Origin: Octopus sinensis
Lineage: Eukaryota
DNA: 64,000 nucleotides
NCBI RefSeq assembly: GCF_006345805.1
Contig: NW_021836131.1
Coordinates: 186,001-250,000, forward strand
Reading direction: 5' to 3'
The position numbers and the translations under genes are program-made. This document shows positions 21,868 to 35,112 of this stretch, piece after piece; the first letter of the stretch is position 1; every line of letters starts with the position of its first letter. The notes under the pieces were generated by a model. That model was given only the letters and a program-made list of their open reading frames with translations. It was not told the DNA's origin and did not search any database.

Positions 21868-22728
21868 TGTCGCGACCCACGCTGGCGACCATCCCACGCT
21901 GGCGACCATCAGTTTGACAGGTTATGACCTTCAGTTTGACAGGTGATTTAAACCGGAAAAAATTCATTTTAAGAAATGGTTTAACGTCATTTTACAAAAA
22001 AAATTATGGTTCCTCTCAAAAGATGTTAGCATGAAAAAAGCGACTCAATTTATCATTATTAATGATCGGTATATTTGCGACTCCTAACTCATAGTCTTTA
22101 TCTAAAGGACGAGAATAACCAAAAACACAAATTGGTCATTTGTCTGGACAATGAAATCGAGATGAGGACACTAGCATTCGCCATTCACCAAGAAAAATTG
22201 GAAACAATACGGCGCACATATTACGAACAAATTTCGACCTCTCTAAAAATCAAATTATACAACATGCTACTGAAACCGGTCTTATTGATGACACACCACT
22301 CGGCGATCCCAGGTTATAATCTTATTTATAATTTAGATGAAAATAACGAGGCATCGTTTGTCGAAGATGAACTTAATGGTAAATTTACAAAGTATTTATT
22401 TTTAGAAACGAATAATAAAAGATTGTGGGACGAATCCGTCATTGAAGCTACACAGATTTGAATCCCCATATGAAGAAAAGGGAAAAGTAAAAAATATAAT
22501 GTCTAAATATAGATTAATGGTTAGTTGTCTTTCCTAACAAACATTTAGTTCGAATTACGAAATAGTTACTATGAATAGAGATAAAAAATGTTAAGTTTTT
22601 TGATTTTTTAGCAATTATCTTTAGTCAGTAATTAGTGTCAAACTATGTAGGTCGCCCTGTCAATCTTGTCAACAATGAAGGTCGCTCTGGTCGCCAGCGT
22701 GGGATGGTCGCCAGCGTGGGTCGCGACA
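21868..22728. mobile_element. Non-autonomous TGT..ACA (Ginger-like) TIR element with 5-bp TSD
   Basis: TGTCGCGACCCACGCTGGCGACCATCCCACGCTGGCGACCA / exact reverse complement at 22688-22728; TAATG duplicated at 21863-21867 and 22729-22733; internal RTE-like scrap (ISTSLKIKLYNMLLKPVLL). Confidence 0.88.
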
Positions 22729-23552
22729 TAATGTATTAAAATAGACTCAAGTTGACAGACTTTTGCCGATAAAGCATCTAAAAATTTATTAATATTGAAT
22801 TAAACTTGCTTTCGGAACGTTTTTTTCGAAATTATTTAAGTTTAAATGTAACTTCAGTAAAGTGTCCTAATGATTTTCAATCTTGATCATGTACAATAAG
22901 CTATTTTGATTTATTTCTTTTGCGCATTAGACTCATTGACATCCTGAAAATGTTTTTCTAGCATTTGATATCCTCCTATCTAATTGATTATCACTTTGAT
23001 TGGGTTTGATTCCTATTTTTCTGATAAATTTGATGCATAGTTATAATGATCTGCTTGTAGTTTCACTGATAAGTGTAGGTTTTCTGTCATTTACTTCTTT
23101 CCTGGTCTTGCGAATTGGCCACTTGATTGTGTTGATAAAAAGCATCTTCAAGAAGTTCAACGACCAATTTCAAAATAGATAATTGCGGTGACAATTCTAT
23201 AATTATTGCCAACATTTAGTCTTTTACAATCCATCGAATCATAGAAAATTCGTTTATCTTTTATTTTGCAAACAATACAATCGATCTAAAAATATATATT
23301 TTTCTACGGGTTCGAAAGTCTAAAACCTGTCATAGTTTTTATATAGCGATGTTAAAATTAATTGTTACACAGAAATGACCGAAGGCATCGGAGATATTGT
23401 GGCATAAAACGCTGGTGTTTTTATCAAATTTTGATTTTCAGGTTTGAAATGAATTTTTAGGCAATATACTTAAAAATTTAAATAATTTTAAAATAAGATA
23501 TAATTTTTTGAATTTTTTAATAATATTCTTGTGACGTTCTCAATGAGTCTTA

Positions 23553-26458
23553 ATGCAAAAAGTAAATCTTGTTATATATAAAAGTCTAGAAATTTTAAAT
23601 GACTTAACTGATGAAAAATTTAACAAAGATCAATTTATCGAAGAAGCAATAAAGTCGGGAAAAATTTCTATCTATTTGTCAGACCTGGCAAGCACAATAA
23701 ATATAATCGACAAGGAAATTCACAAAGAAGTAAATAATCCGTCATAAAATTAAAGATACAAAACAACGAATCAGAATTAATAGCACACGCACTAAAACTT
23801 GAAAACATTGAAGGTAATAAATATAAAAATATTTTTAGACGAGTTGATAACATTAAAAAATTGTTCCGAAACTTTAAAATCTTCATTTTTTCAGTTATTA
23901 TATTCTGACATTTTAGTTCTTACCAAAGAAGTAATGATCTATATGGACTTTTGAGCCATTCAAACCTCGTTCTTTCCCGAGCACATGTTGTACTATCTAA
24001 AAACATTTAGGAATATTGCTCTATCTTACGCAGAATTAATGCACTGGTTACAAATATTGTGATCATTGATGGGTTCATCGCACAATTTCGTTCAGGAGAT
24101 TCATCCTCTCTTTTATCCGCAGTTTCCGAATTGTCAAAAACAGGTTGTGTTTTTTTGATTGAAAAATGATTTAGATGTGCTTTTGAAGGATATAAAATTA
24201 GAGAATATATTACTAGTTTCTGAACTAAAACAACATTTATCTGATACCCGCGAGTTTATAATACAAAGTGCTCTTGATATCATTACAAATGGCGTTTTGA
24301 AAGAGGTTTGAATCAAGTTTCTATTAAAAAGGACCAATCTTTGGTTCTTTTCGGAATAAAAACACTGATGGTCAAACTGGGGCAGGTTTTGCCTTCTTTT
24401 ATACAAGAATTATTCACAAAGTTTTCAACTAATACAACATTTTTAGTTGAAAATCCAGAAAAAGGTTTTTAATTTGTTTTAATAGTAAAGTAAATCGGAA
24501 TAATTGTTTAATTGAATTTGAAAAAATATTCAAAGAAGCTTTGACTGTCTGGAAAATTGTTTTGTGTCAATAAAATATATTTTAGGCTGATTTACTTGAG
24601 AAATGCTTAATTTTATACCTTGAGAGCATTTCGGGTGATTCCTTGACATATTTTCAAGTTTCATGTTACGTAAAATATTTGTCAGGCTGTTGAGGTCCTG
24701 CAATCTTATGATCTGAGTCTCAAGTTTAAAGTTGTACAAAAACTGTGCGCAGATTTGTCCTTGATCTTAAAAAAGGCTTTTAAAGGTCGTTTTTTATTAA
24801 ATATTTTAAAAGATCCACTTTTAAAGGATTACATTGAGAAACAATATGCAATGATCCATAAATGCATATTTGAGTTTGTTGAAAAGACTTTGATTCATAT
24901 GAATTGTAATAATTTGGCAAAAATGAAATCGACAAAAGAAATTGGTTTTTCATTAGTTATTAAAGAAAATGAATTTAAAGAGTCGTTTTTATTATCGATG
25001 TATTTTCTGTATATTTAAAACATTATAGGTTGGAAGAACCGGTTTTTGGTGTTTTCAAATTAGTAGAGGGGTCATATTTATCAAGAAAATTTAAAAAATT
25101 GAATAATCTTATAAATACTACGTTTATTGACAAACGTTTTGGTTCATGTTATACTACTGATGATATCAACAGCATTTTTGGGGAATTAAAAAAGTAATTT
25201 TTAAAATAAATTAAATATAGACAAATAAGAGATTGCAAAAATGAGTATTTGGGGTCGACCAGGTTGTCTAAGCTCATTGCAGAAAACGTAATATCCAAAA
25301 ATATTAATTTCATTCGTACTAAAATGGATAAATATGTTTACATATTAATTTATTTTAAAGTGTATTGATATGATTGGTGATGTTTGTTCGCCTCGGTCCT
25401 CAAAATTACAGAATCTACATATAGCCACTCTAAACTTTGTTTATGATTTATACTGTCTTATAAATAAGGTCAGATTTTAATTCGGATTATTTTATCTTTA
25501 GACTATTGAAAGTTCTAAAGATGATATTTCGAGTGAGGTTATCTCGATTATACTAGCCGCTAATAAAGTATTATAATATTTATTATTTAGACACTGTATT
25601 TACACGTTGAAGAGGAGATAAGTATTTTAATGTCAATTTATGCCAGTAAAGTAAGAATTATATTTATGGGAATGAAATTGTCTAATTATTCGAGGTTTTT
25701 GACTTGTTCTGAACTATTTTTTAGTTTGAATGGAAAAATTGATCCCGTCGTTCAGAAATCAGGTTTTATAAATCAACTAGAGGACTATTTTGAAGAAACT
25801 ATTTCAGGAACACTTTCAATGTATAAATGTGGGCAAACTATAAGCAAACAGTATAAATTTTATTTTTTTATTTTAGACTTCAATTTTTTATTTCCTCCTT
25901 AGTAGACTTGTTTATTTGGAAAATAACCATGTGTTCTCGTCCTATCCAATCTTTCGGATTGCAAAAAATTCAAATAGATTTTTCTCGATTAGAATTGATC
26001 TTAAACTCACTCATTTTGAATTTCAGTATCAACACGTGTTCAAAAATGAAGGAATTCAATCTTTTTCGGTTTTATTTATATTTTTAGAGTTAAGTTTGAT
26101 TACAAATCAAATCGTCGAGGAAACAGTAATTAAAGTGGATTTTGATGGCATTGATGTTGAAAATGCCAAAATAATTTCTTATCTGATTACATTTGGTCCA
26201 GAAGAAATGAATACTCCCTATAAAGTAATAATTATATTTGTAAACAATAGATATCGATGATGAATGCTGAAGATTATTTAAATTTTGTGCAAATTAATTC
26301 GAATATGGAACATGTTCGTGGTTTGGTCAGGTTTTCGTGTCTATTTACGTTAAAGGATGTGCCTTGAAGATTATGTTCGCTACGTTCAGCAACAAAATCT
26401 CAAAGAATATCATTTTATCTATCCTTCAATTAATAATTTATTTCCTGAGTTTCTTTAA
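23553..26458 (+). CDS. COG5: Conserved oligomeric Golgi complex subunit 5, many tiny introns
   Basis: FNKDQF...LSDLASTINIIDKEIHKE|IQNNESELIAHALKLENIE..., ILRRINAL, LFIWKITMCSRPI..FGLQKIQIDFSRLELIL, YLITFGPEEMNTPY and C-terminal LVR|MCLEDYVRYVQQQNLKEYHFIYPSINNL follow COG5. Exact start uncertain. Confidence 0.85.
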
Positions 26459-27052
26459 AAATTATTTAATATTAAAATATTTTTTTTTCAATTTTATTTT
26501 TAATTTTACAAGGGTTTCGCTTGGAGCTCATAACGAATACACTTCACTCTTCAAAGAAAAACTTCTTTGAATGAGTTTTTTTCTTGTTTGCTTGTTCCCA
26601 AGGCCAATACTAAGGATAAGATACGTAATATTAATTGTCTGGGTTATTTAATTATTTTTAAAATTTTGAAATATTTCCATTCTATTCAATGTTTTTCTAC
26701 GTTTTTTAAAATATGAAATATAAAATTATGACTCTTCAACATATTTTTAAATTTATTATAGACCATGAGAAATATTTTTTGAATCTTAATTTTATCGTGA
26801 AACAAATTTCGAAATATTGTCATTCTATTCAATCTTTTTCTACGTTTTTTAATTATAACAATCAATTTACTTAAATCTTCTTGGGTTTATTTTTTTGATA
26901 AAAATGGTTAACAGCTATCAATGCATAGGAATATAATAAGTTAGTCTTGTATTTTATATAGACTACAAAATTTGAAAAATCAGATTTTTCAAATCTCATT
27001 TAAGAACAAAAGTAGATCAGTTTAAACATTTTATTTTGAAATTTCAAATTTT

Positions 27053-29327
27053 TCAGCGTATTTTTCTGGTTTAATAATTTTTATTTTACCATCGGGATCG
27101 ATTCTCTTCTATTTATTATTAATATTTAAAATAACTTACTTTTACATTATCACAGTTAATTTCAGTACGGCCGCTAGGAAAATGAACAATTCTTGTACCC
27201 CCAGAGAGATCCCGAATAAAAGTATCATCATTTTGTATCATTATCTGTTTTCTGTCTTTGTATATAAATTTCGAGCTTCTATCAGGAAATAATATGTCTG
27301 TTCCTCCATCTTTCCATCTCCGTTCTACCTGTCCACTTTGAACATATGTATAGCGAGGCATTACTTTGCAAATGAAGTTATCTCCACACCACTTGGCAAA
27401 GTAATTTGAATTGACCCTGTTTCCGAGTAATAATAAACCTTCAGAATAAGTATAAATTGTGATATTAACCACTTGTTTGTTTTTAAATTTATGCTTTTCA
27501 TCGCCATTAAAATAATGAATTGAATATGAGCTCCCATCGGCTTTGATAATTTTTTTAGTTCCGTTAGAAAAAGTGATGGCGTTAGATTTCGTTTGAAGCT
27601 GGTTGGAAGTGTGATCAATGGATTTATTTGCTTTATCACATAATTCAGTTTGTTTAATTATATTTTTTTCTTGTGTTAAATCTAAAAATAAAGTAAAAAA
27701 TTTACCTTTTTTATAGCGAAATCTTTCACAAATTTTTATTTCCTGTTTCAGTTCGTCATTTTGTTGCTCTAGAAAATCAATTCTGTCTTTTAGTCTTATC
27801 AAGCTAAAATTCCATCTTTTTTCTTTCGTTTTATAAATGTTTTGATTTTCTTCAATCTTTTAAATCTTAATTTAATTAAATACTTGGTGTTCAAGGTCTT
27901 CAATTTTTTGACGTTCTGATCTAATTGGGGTATCTCGCTGTGTTTTAATCCAAGAATCAAATTGTTTTCTTTCCTTTCTATTTGAGATAAAATGATTTTG
28001 TGATTACTTGATTTTATTCATTTCAGTTTCTTTGTAATTTTTTAATCGAAGCAACTCTGCGTCTCTCTCTTTTTCAAACATTGCGATTTCCCGTTTTAAA
28101 CGACTCAGCTCCTGTTAAATAAATAATTTGTTCCACAAACTTGCTGTTTACTTCTTTTAATTGATTGAAGTTCGTCATTTGTCTTATTTAGTTTTTGCTG
28201 CTCGGTTTCCAGCAGTTCGATTTTCTCGATTAATTTCGTATCGTTTGGAACTATTTTTTTTGATTCAGGCTTATCATGCCGATGTTTTATAGATTTTTCG
28301 TCGTCGTCAATTTGTGGAAAAAAACGTTTCACAATAGCGGAAGAAGATTTTAGCTTCTGAATTTTTCTCATATCAGTCAGCGTAGTATCCTGATCACTTT
28401 GACTTTCCAAACTGTTGCAATCGCTTGATAGCTCTTCGTTCTTTATTGAAACTGCCTTTTTGTGATCACTGTAGTTCGAACTATTGTAATTTTTGACTGA
28501 TATTTCTCTAGAAATCTAAAAAATCAAATTAGATACTAATAACTCTGTCTTGAGTCATTTTATGAATTTTTGAAGCTACGGAAGGAGTCAATGATACGAA
28601 TGATACACTATCCAATATATCTTCCATTGCTTCAAATTCTTTTAGATCCTTATATTAAAAATATAATATTTACTTTTTGTATTTCATCTTTATCAGTTTC
28701 TGAAAACAAATTTAGAAATTTATTATATCAACCGTTAATACTCGAGATTTCATTTTTGGATTCGGTAAAATTATTAGAAGAACATGTTGAGTAATCACTT
28801 TTAGACGAAGGTTTTTTAATTTTGATGGGAGAGCTCTTTTTTCCCTCAAATCGTTTGAGACCTTCGCCTTTTTTTAGAAATGGATATTTTTTGGTTTTCG
28901 GAAATTGTTCCTGTTTATTTTGTTCTTTCTTTATTATTTAAAATTTTAATAAATTACTTTAAGTTCTTGTTCAATCATCTCTTCGAATGTTTTTGACGAG
29001 CCTTAAGAATTGAATCATGTTAGTTTTTACCCACTGCAATGTCGTCTATTTTGTTTTCTACGTTAGAATTATCTGCAATAATTTCCGATTTTTTGACTCC
29101 AAACGAGTCATCACTATGGCTTAAATCTTCCTGGGTAATAATTTCTTAAATTTTCTAAATAAATATAAACCTTTAAAAAAGTATTTTTGTCGGACATTTT
29201 GTAAAATATTTAATTGGTTTTTTTGTTCTGAAATAAGATCTTGTTGTTCTACAATGTTGTCTTTTTCCATTTGTTTCATATGATTGAATAAATTTGATTT
29301 ATTCTCAGTTTCCATTCTACCATTCAT
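27053..29327 (-). CDS. CENPJ: Centriole protein SAS-4/CPAP (CENPJ)
   Basis: KYPFLKKGEGLKRF (PN2-3 motif, ~28850-28900), coiled coil, then TCP10/G-box ITFSNGTKK...YFNGDEK...|VYYYSE...FANGQVE...FPD...|KRIDPDGKIK; TGA at 27053-27055. Confidence 0.92.
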
Positions 29328-29539
29328 AAATAATTTTAATAAACAAGTTTTCAATTATAGATTTATTTACAATAGTTTTTTTATTATAATAATAAGTAAA
29401 CCAATCGCGATTTGTTTCCTTAGAAATTTCCAAAATTTAAATAAAAACTATTAATTTAAAATTAATTAAAAAAATATTAAAAATTTTTTGTAAAGGTAAG
29501 ATTAGACAAACAGTAAAAATATTCTCTTGCACAAATGTC

Positions 29540-30250
29540 TTTCTCATGCTTGGTATCCGGCAGCCCATTGGCACCCTAAACGTTAGAAGACTTAATCCAA
29601 TGTACAGAAAACTTAAACTCGTAAAAGATCTAGAAAAACAACAGGTGTTTATCTGTTGCTGGAAGAGACAAAAATAACGAAACACGGGTCTTGGAGACGA
29701 ATATTCCCGTTCTTGAACATAATTATTAGAATGCAAAAAAAGTACGTCCTATTTTTTAAACGATCTGGAGTTTTCGAAATTTAGATTTAGGTGGAATTAT
29801 TTTTATCAACCATTTAATGTCCATATATTATAAAATCTCGTCATCTCGTAAGTGAATTTCCATTCTTAGTAAATGCGTTTGTCGAGTGAGGTATATTTGA
29901 TAACCGTATTTGTATTCTACGATCAGACCCTATGTTCCAGTGTGTTTCTGGAGATTTTCCCATTCATTTTTAAATCCTTTTGATTAAGTTCCGCACATAA
30001 GTTCCCTGAATGCAAAACATTCCAAAGAGATAAATGTTTTGGTATCAAGAACATCAGTATACTTCTTGATTCTAATTTTTCCTACTTTTAAAAAGTTATG
30101 AGTTCAGAATAAAATGATTGCAGGTTTATGGTCAAATAAGTATTTGTGGACGTTGTGTCTAGATCTAATAGTTCCTCTTCTTTAATGCAAAACTAGTCAT
30201 CTTGTTAGGCCTCGTTTTGTGATTAGTGATGGGCTGTTTGAAGGAACCAG
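29540..30250 (+). mobile_element. RTE-like non-LTR APE endonuclease 5' fragment, degenerate
   Basis: IGTLNVRRLNPMYRKLKLVKDLE; homologous to 63880-64000. Confidence 0.65.
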
Positions 30251-30372
30251 CGAATTATCTCGTTAACAAATTATTTTCTGAACCATTTTTATTGAATTTA
30301 ATAATATTAAATTTTATTTAATTTGTTGAATTTAATTTTAAATGTGTTACTAGTCACTTTTAAAAAATAAAA

Positions 30373-31054
30373 ATGGACCATGTTAAACTGATAATAATTT
30401 TAAGTGGAAAAAGAAAATCTGGAAAGGACTACATTGCATCATTGCTAGAGCAAAGGTAAACAAAAATAAACTTAAAAATTAGATTTCCAACAAAAATTGC
30501 AATAATGAGATTATCTGGCCCATTAAAAAAAGAATATGCAAAAGTAAAAAACTTGTACCATTTTAAAATAGATTCACAATCTTAATTTTTCAGAATTATT
30601 GACTTGTTCGGAGTATAAAGAAAACTACAGAAAGGCCATGATCAGCTGGGGCGAAAATAAAAGAATGACTGACCCAGGATATTTTGCCCGACAATTATTT
30701 GACTGTTTAACTTAAAAAATCTCATTTCCATAGATCCACAATCTTGTTGTTTTGTTTGGGTTATTTGCGATTCGCGTAGGAAATCAGATATTGAGTTTTT
30801 TGATAAATATTTTGGAAAAATGAAAATTAAAAAAATCCGTATTGAAGCTTCTTTAATCACCCGTCGTCTTCGTGGATGGAATTTTGTCGCAGGTAAATTA
30901 ATAAAAAATATTTTTTGGTGTCGATGATTCAGAATCTGAGTGTGGATTGGACGGATGTATAGATTGGGACCTTGTGATTTCAAATGATACAGAAAGTCCT
31001 GACATTAATTCTTTAGTAAGATTAATACAATCTCACTTAATAATAAATGATTAA
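30373..31054 (+). CDS. PMVK: Phosphomevalonate kinase, animal type
   Basis: ILSGKRKSGKDYIA, RLSGPLKKEYA, YKENYRKAMISWGE.KR..DPGYF, WVICDSRRKSD, RGWNFVAGVDDSESECGLD; four introns, the last ending in TG. Confidence 0.95.
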
Positions 31055-31201
31055 TTTAAATTTAATTAATCATAATTTTATGATTATTTTAATGTCATTT
31101 CAATGGTTACCCTCCAACGGAATAGCGACTAATGAAATCCCCGTTATCTTAACAATAATAAAAACACAAAAAAAGAGTCAGAAAAATTAATTTAAGTAAA
31201 A

Positions 31202-31656
31202 TTAGTTTTTAGTTGAGCTAGTTGAATAATAATAACGGAGTCCACAATACCCACAAACACATTCCTTACCAGAATCCTTAAGTAGACATTATTTAAAAAT
31301 ATAAACAAGGTTAATGAAGATCCTCGGATGGCCTAAAGACCCACCGCCTCCATCACAGCTGACAACTCGACTCTGACAATAAATTGTAGGGACTTGTGAT
31401 ATCATTTCAGAGGCTGGATTTTTATTTACCTTGGCAATTATATTTAATAGTAATAAACTAATTTAGTTCTGTTTACAAATCTTGACATTCTGTAGTCTTT
31501 GGTTCCGTATTGCTGTAATAAAATATTCATTTATACTTGTCCGGTGTGTGTTATTACGTCAGGAGGGTAAACTTCTACACGACTAAGAGATTTTATTGGT
31601 TCTACCAATCCTAAATGGTATCGAATTAAGTCATAAATCCTTTTCTTTACATTCAT
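31202..31656 (-). CDS. NDUFS6: NADH dehydrogenase (ubiquinone) iron-sulfur protein 6
   Basis: ITHTGQ|QYGTKDYRMSRFVNRTKL|VNKNPASEMI...SCDGGGGSLGHPRIFINL|DSGKECVCGYCGLRY; three introns of ~24-30 nt. Confidence 0.96.
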
Positions 31657-32235
31657 GATGTCAACAACAAAGAACGATTATGATAATTTAAATAAATTAA
31701 TATTTTTGAATAAATAAATTAATTTTATTTATATTCAACTGAAGAGAATTTTTTAACTATGAATCGCTCAGCTTTGCAACCTGCTTTTGGTGGTTCTTGA
31801 TATGTAAATATTGTGTTTGATGTGAGTATTTTATGCTTATAAAAGTCACTAATATCTAAACATTTTAGTTTTCAAAACATCTTTATTAAACTTATTCATT
31901 ACTGTTATTGCAATAATTTTCCTACGACATCCATTTAGATATGGAAATGCTAAATATATGATGTGAACAGCTACTTTCCCAATTAATAGTATATTTTATT
32001 ATAAGCTTGAAAACTCGTAACATAAAATCTCTGCTTTATATACTTGGCAAGCAACGTCAAGAAGAAGACTTTATTTAAAAATATTTTTAATAGTTTTGAC
32101 TTATTTTTTAAAAATTGAATTGTTTTTATTGTTAAGAAAAACCAAAAATTTAACAAAGAAGAATCATTTTCCTCTGTTTTTCAAAGAAGATCAATTTTGT
32201 AAAAGCCTTCCTTTGGAACTGTGGGAGAACTTATC

Positions 32236-32550
32236 CGCCAGGGGTAGAGACCCTTTACAAGCAGTATATCGAGCCAACAATAGGCTATGCATGTGCTGCT
32301 TGGGGCTGTAACCTGGCGGCAACGAATCGGCTAAAAATCGAAAAAATTCAAGAAAGATCTATCAACCTACTGAAGGACCATACCGATAGGGAAATTGTCC
32401 ATAGAACACTGGAGTCTCTCGTAGAGGCAAATGGGGGGATCGTGGAAATGGACCACAAACCATTCACCGTACATACAGAAAGTGTGTGGGGTCACGGTCG
32501 GAACATCGTAAAAAGATGGCTCGACTGTTGAGAAGTGTCGGAATCACCTG
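32236..32550 (+). mobile_element. Jockey/I-group non-LTR fragment (post-RT)
   Basis: YKQYIEPTIGYACAAWGCNLAATNRLKIEKIQ. Confidence 0.75.
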
Positions 32551-33059
32551 AACGTGATAGTTAATGGTTAAGACGGTGATTTTGTTTGGTTTAAATAATA
32601 ATAATTAACGAGGAGATAAAAACAAGACATCGTAGACATCCATGTTAACCCAAATTATAATTGCCCAATACAACTTTTCTCCAGGACCATCTGGATGTTG
32701 TTGGGCACAGATGATTCTTGTGAGCCTTCTAGCCTTCCGTCAAGTTGTATTTCATATTAAAATAATCGGCGTGATATCCAAGTCTTATTGCAACAAATCT
32801 TTAACGGAATTATAATGTACATATTCCTAAAAATATGCCTTTTAATTTCAAAAAAAGCTAGAAATATTTGTGAAAAATATCCCAAAGAATTTTTAATTAC
32901 ATCGAATGGTATGCGTTTTTTAATTATGTAAGTTGCCCGTAAGTTGCAAAAACAATTTTTTGTGAGACAGGGAAACAAAGAAGCACTTTTCACAAAAAAT
33001 ATATATCCACAAATTCAAAACAATGAATATTGTTCATCCAATTTATTGTTTCAAAAATT

Positions 33060-33180
33060 TTGTCACGTGTCAAAAATTCAATCCACACATGTCACGTCCC
33101 AAACAAGAGACCTACCTTCCCTGAATGAGAATGTAATCATCTCGTCGGACGTACATTCTTTCCTTATTGAAAGCCGAATT
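33060..33180 (-). mobile_element. CRE endonuclease scrap
   Basis: DEMITFSFREGRSLVWDVTCVD matches [22 protein letters not shown] at ~61250-61320. Confidence 0.7.
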
Positions 33181-33789
33181 TGTTAATTGTTTAGTTGGAA
33201 CGTAGGAAAATCCGCAAAAATTTTACCTAATAAATTGTAGAAACGAAATCTTTTATCATGAGTTAAATTATTGATGACACTATTCGGAAAATTAATGTTA
33301 AAAGAAACAATTTTTCTCTCCTTATTACCGATACTGCTCCATATATTATTTCTGCTGGAAGTACTCTCAAATTATTATATTCTAATCTATACCATATCAC
33401 ATGTTTTGCTCATTTAGTGCATTGTGCACTTAAAAAAACGTACATTATTTAGAAGTCAATAAATCGATTGCTTATGTCAAAGCATTTGATTTAAATAACA
33501 ATTTTCATAGATAATTGTCTAAAGAAATTTGATACCTGCCCGAACCAATAGTTACGAGATTGGGGAGCTGGCTTAAAGCTGTTTCTTACTATTCTACAAA
33601 CCTGTGAAATTTTATTCAAGTATACATTTCCTTAGAAGGACATTCTTTGCTTATTAAAAGAGCGAAAGAATGTTTATCTAATGAATAATTTCTCAATGAT
33701 CTATCGGCGATAATAGCACAATATTCACCTTTTTATTACAGTTGCTTGATGATTAGAATCCAACAATTTTACTATAAATTTGAAAAAAT

Positions 33790-34130
33790 TTGAAAAATTG
33801 ATTACTAATCACTCTCATCCGTGCTGAACCAGCCCTTGTAGCATATGTGAGAACTGGCTGTAGACACGTTCTGTATACGTAGATGTACGTTTCCGGATAC
33901 AGATGGAACCTGATTAAGCTTTTAAGAATCCTCACACTTCTCTTCCTCTGATTTGCTACGTGGTCGAAATACTCCCAAGTAGTTGACAATTATTCCCAAG
34001 TAGTGTAAATTCAAGCTGTTGGAGAGATCCATAGCATAACCACTCATTTCATAAGCGTACGACGCCACACAACGACTCTTTCTCTGCATCCATGAAATGG
34101 TGCTTTTCTCAGATGCTAGGGTCAAGCCCT
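33790..34130 (-). mobile_element. Non-LTR post-RT fragment
   Basis: VRILKSL...YIYVYRTCLQPVLTYA. Confidence 0.55.
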
Positions 34131-34850
34131 TGTATTTTTTAAAGTTTAGAACCTAAATGATAAGATCAAAAATCGTTATATTCCTAATTTATTATATCAT
34201 CCCCCTAGCCTAGCGACTAGCATGGTTCCCTGGTGACCTACACACTCGACAGAGTTACCTTCTGTCTTGACATTTAATTACAAACGTAAATAATTCATTA
34301 TAAGGAAGGGCTCAACGTTATGCTAATTAAAAATGGTTTCTCCCAAAAGATGTTATTTTAGTTTCAATCCTTAGGTTACATAAAAATTATACTAAATAAC
34401 AAAATATTTTAAATGTAATACTTAAAAAACTAACAACTAAATCTAAAAATACAAACTTATGAAAAAAGATAAATTTATAATAATTGATGATCGGTATATT
34501 TACCATTTCTAACTCGCAGTCTTCATCTAAAGAACAAGAATAACCAAAAACACAAATTGGTTATCTTCTTCCACAGAGATAAAGACTTGGTATTTGATAT
34601 TCACCAAAAATACCACTAAGAATAAAAAAGCTTTATAATAAGAAGAGTGAATTCCATTTTATTTTGAACCGCCCAATTATTGAACAGATTATAAGACTGC
34701 AAAATTTGTAAAGTTGCCAGAGCATTTAAAGTATTTTATAATAAATATTCTTAAGGATCCGATTTTAATTATTATATAACTGCAAAAATTCCAATAAAAG
34801 ATTTCAGGGGGATCTTATTGATGTTAACAAATAGATATGATTGGATATTG

Positions 34851-35070
34851 TGTCGCGAGCCGAGCGAGCGACCGAGCGCAGCGAGCGACCACTCAATTTC
34901 TAGATGCGATCAATCAAACAATTTATAAATTGACAAATACCCATGGAAGGAAGGAAGGAAGTTTTATTGGAAACAGAGAAGGGTTAAAGGTTAGGGGGGA
35001 GTTTGTATAATGAAACAATAGGACTACCCTATCGACTTCTTCCCAGAAAAAAAAAGAGACCCCCTCAAGT

Positions 35071-35112
<42 letters not shown>

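Noticed and set aside
22760-23450. Minus-strand gene (LSPQLSILKLVVELLEDAF...)
   Set aside because: Coding-like, but I could not build a consistent spliced frame.
32590-33000. Coding-like minus-strand stretch (RLTRIICAQQHPDGPGEKLYWA)
   Set aside because: Stops in all frames and no identifiable family.
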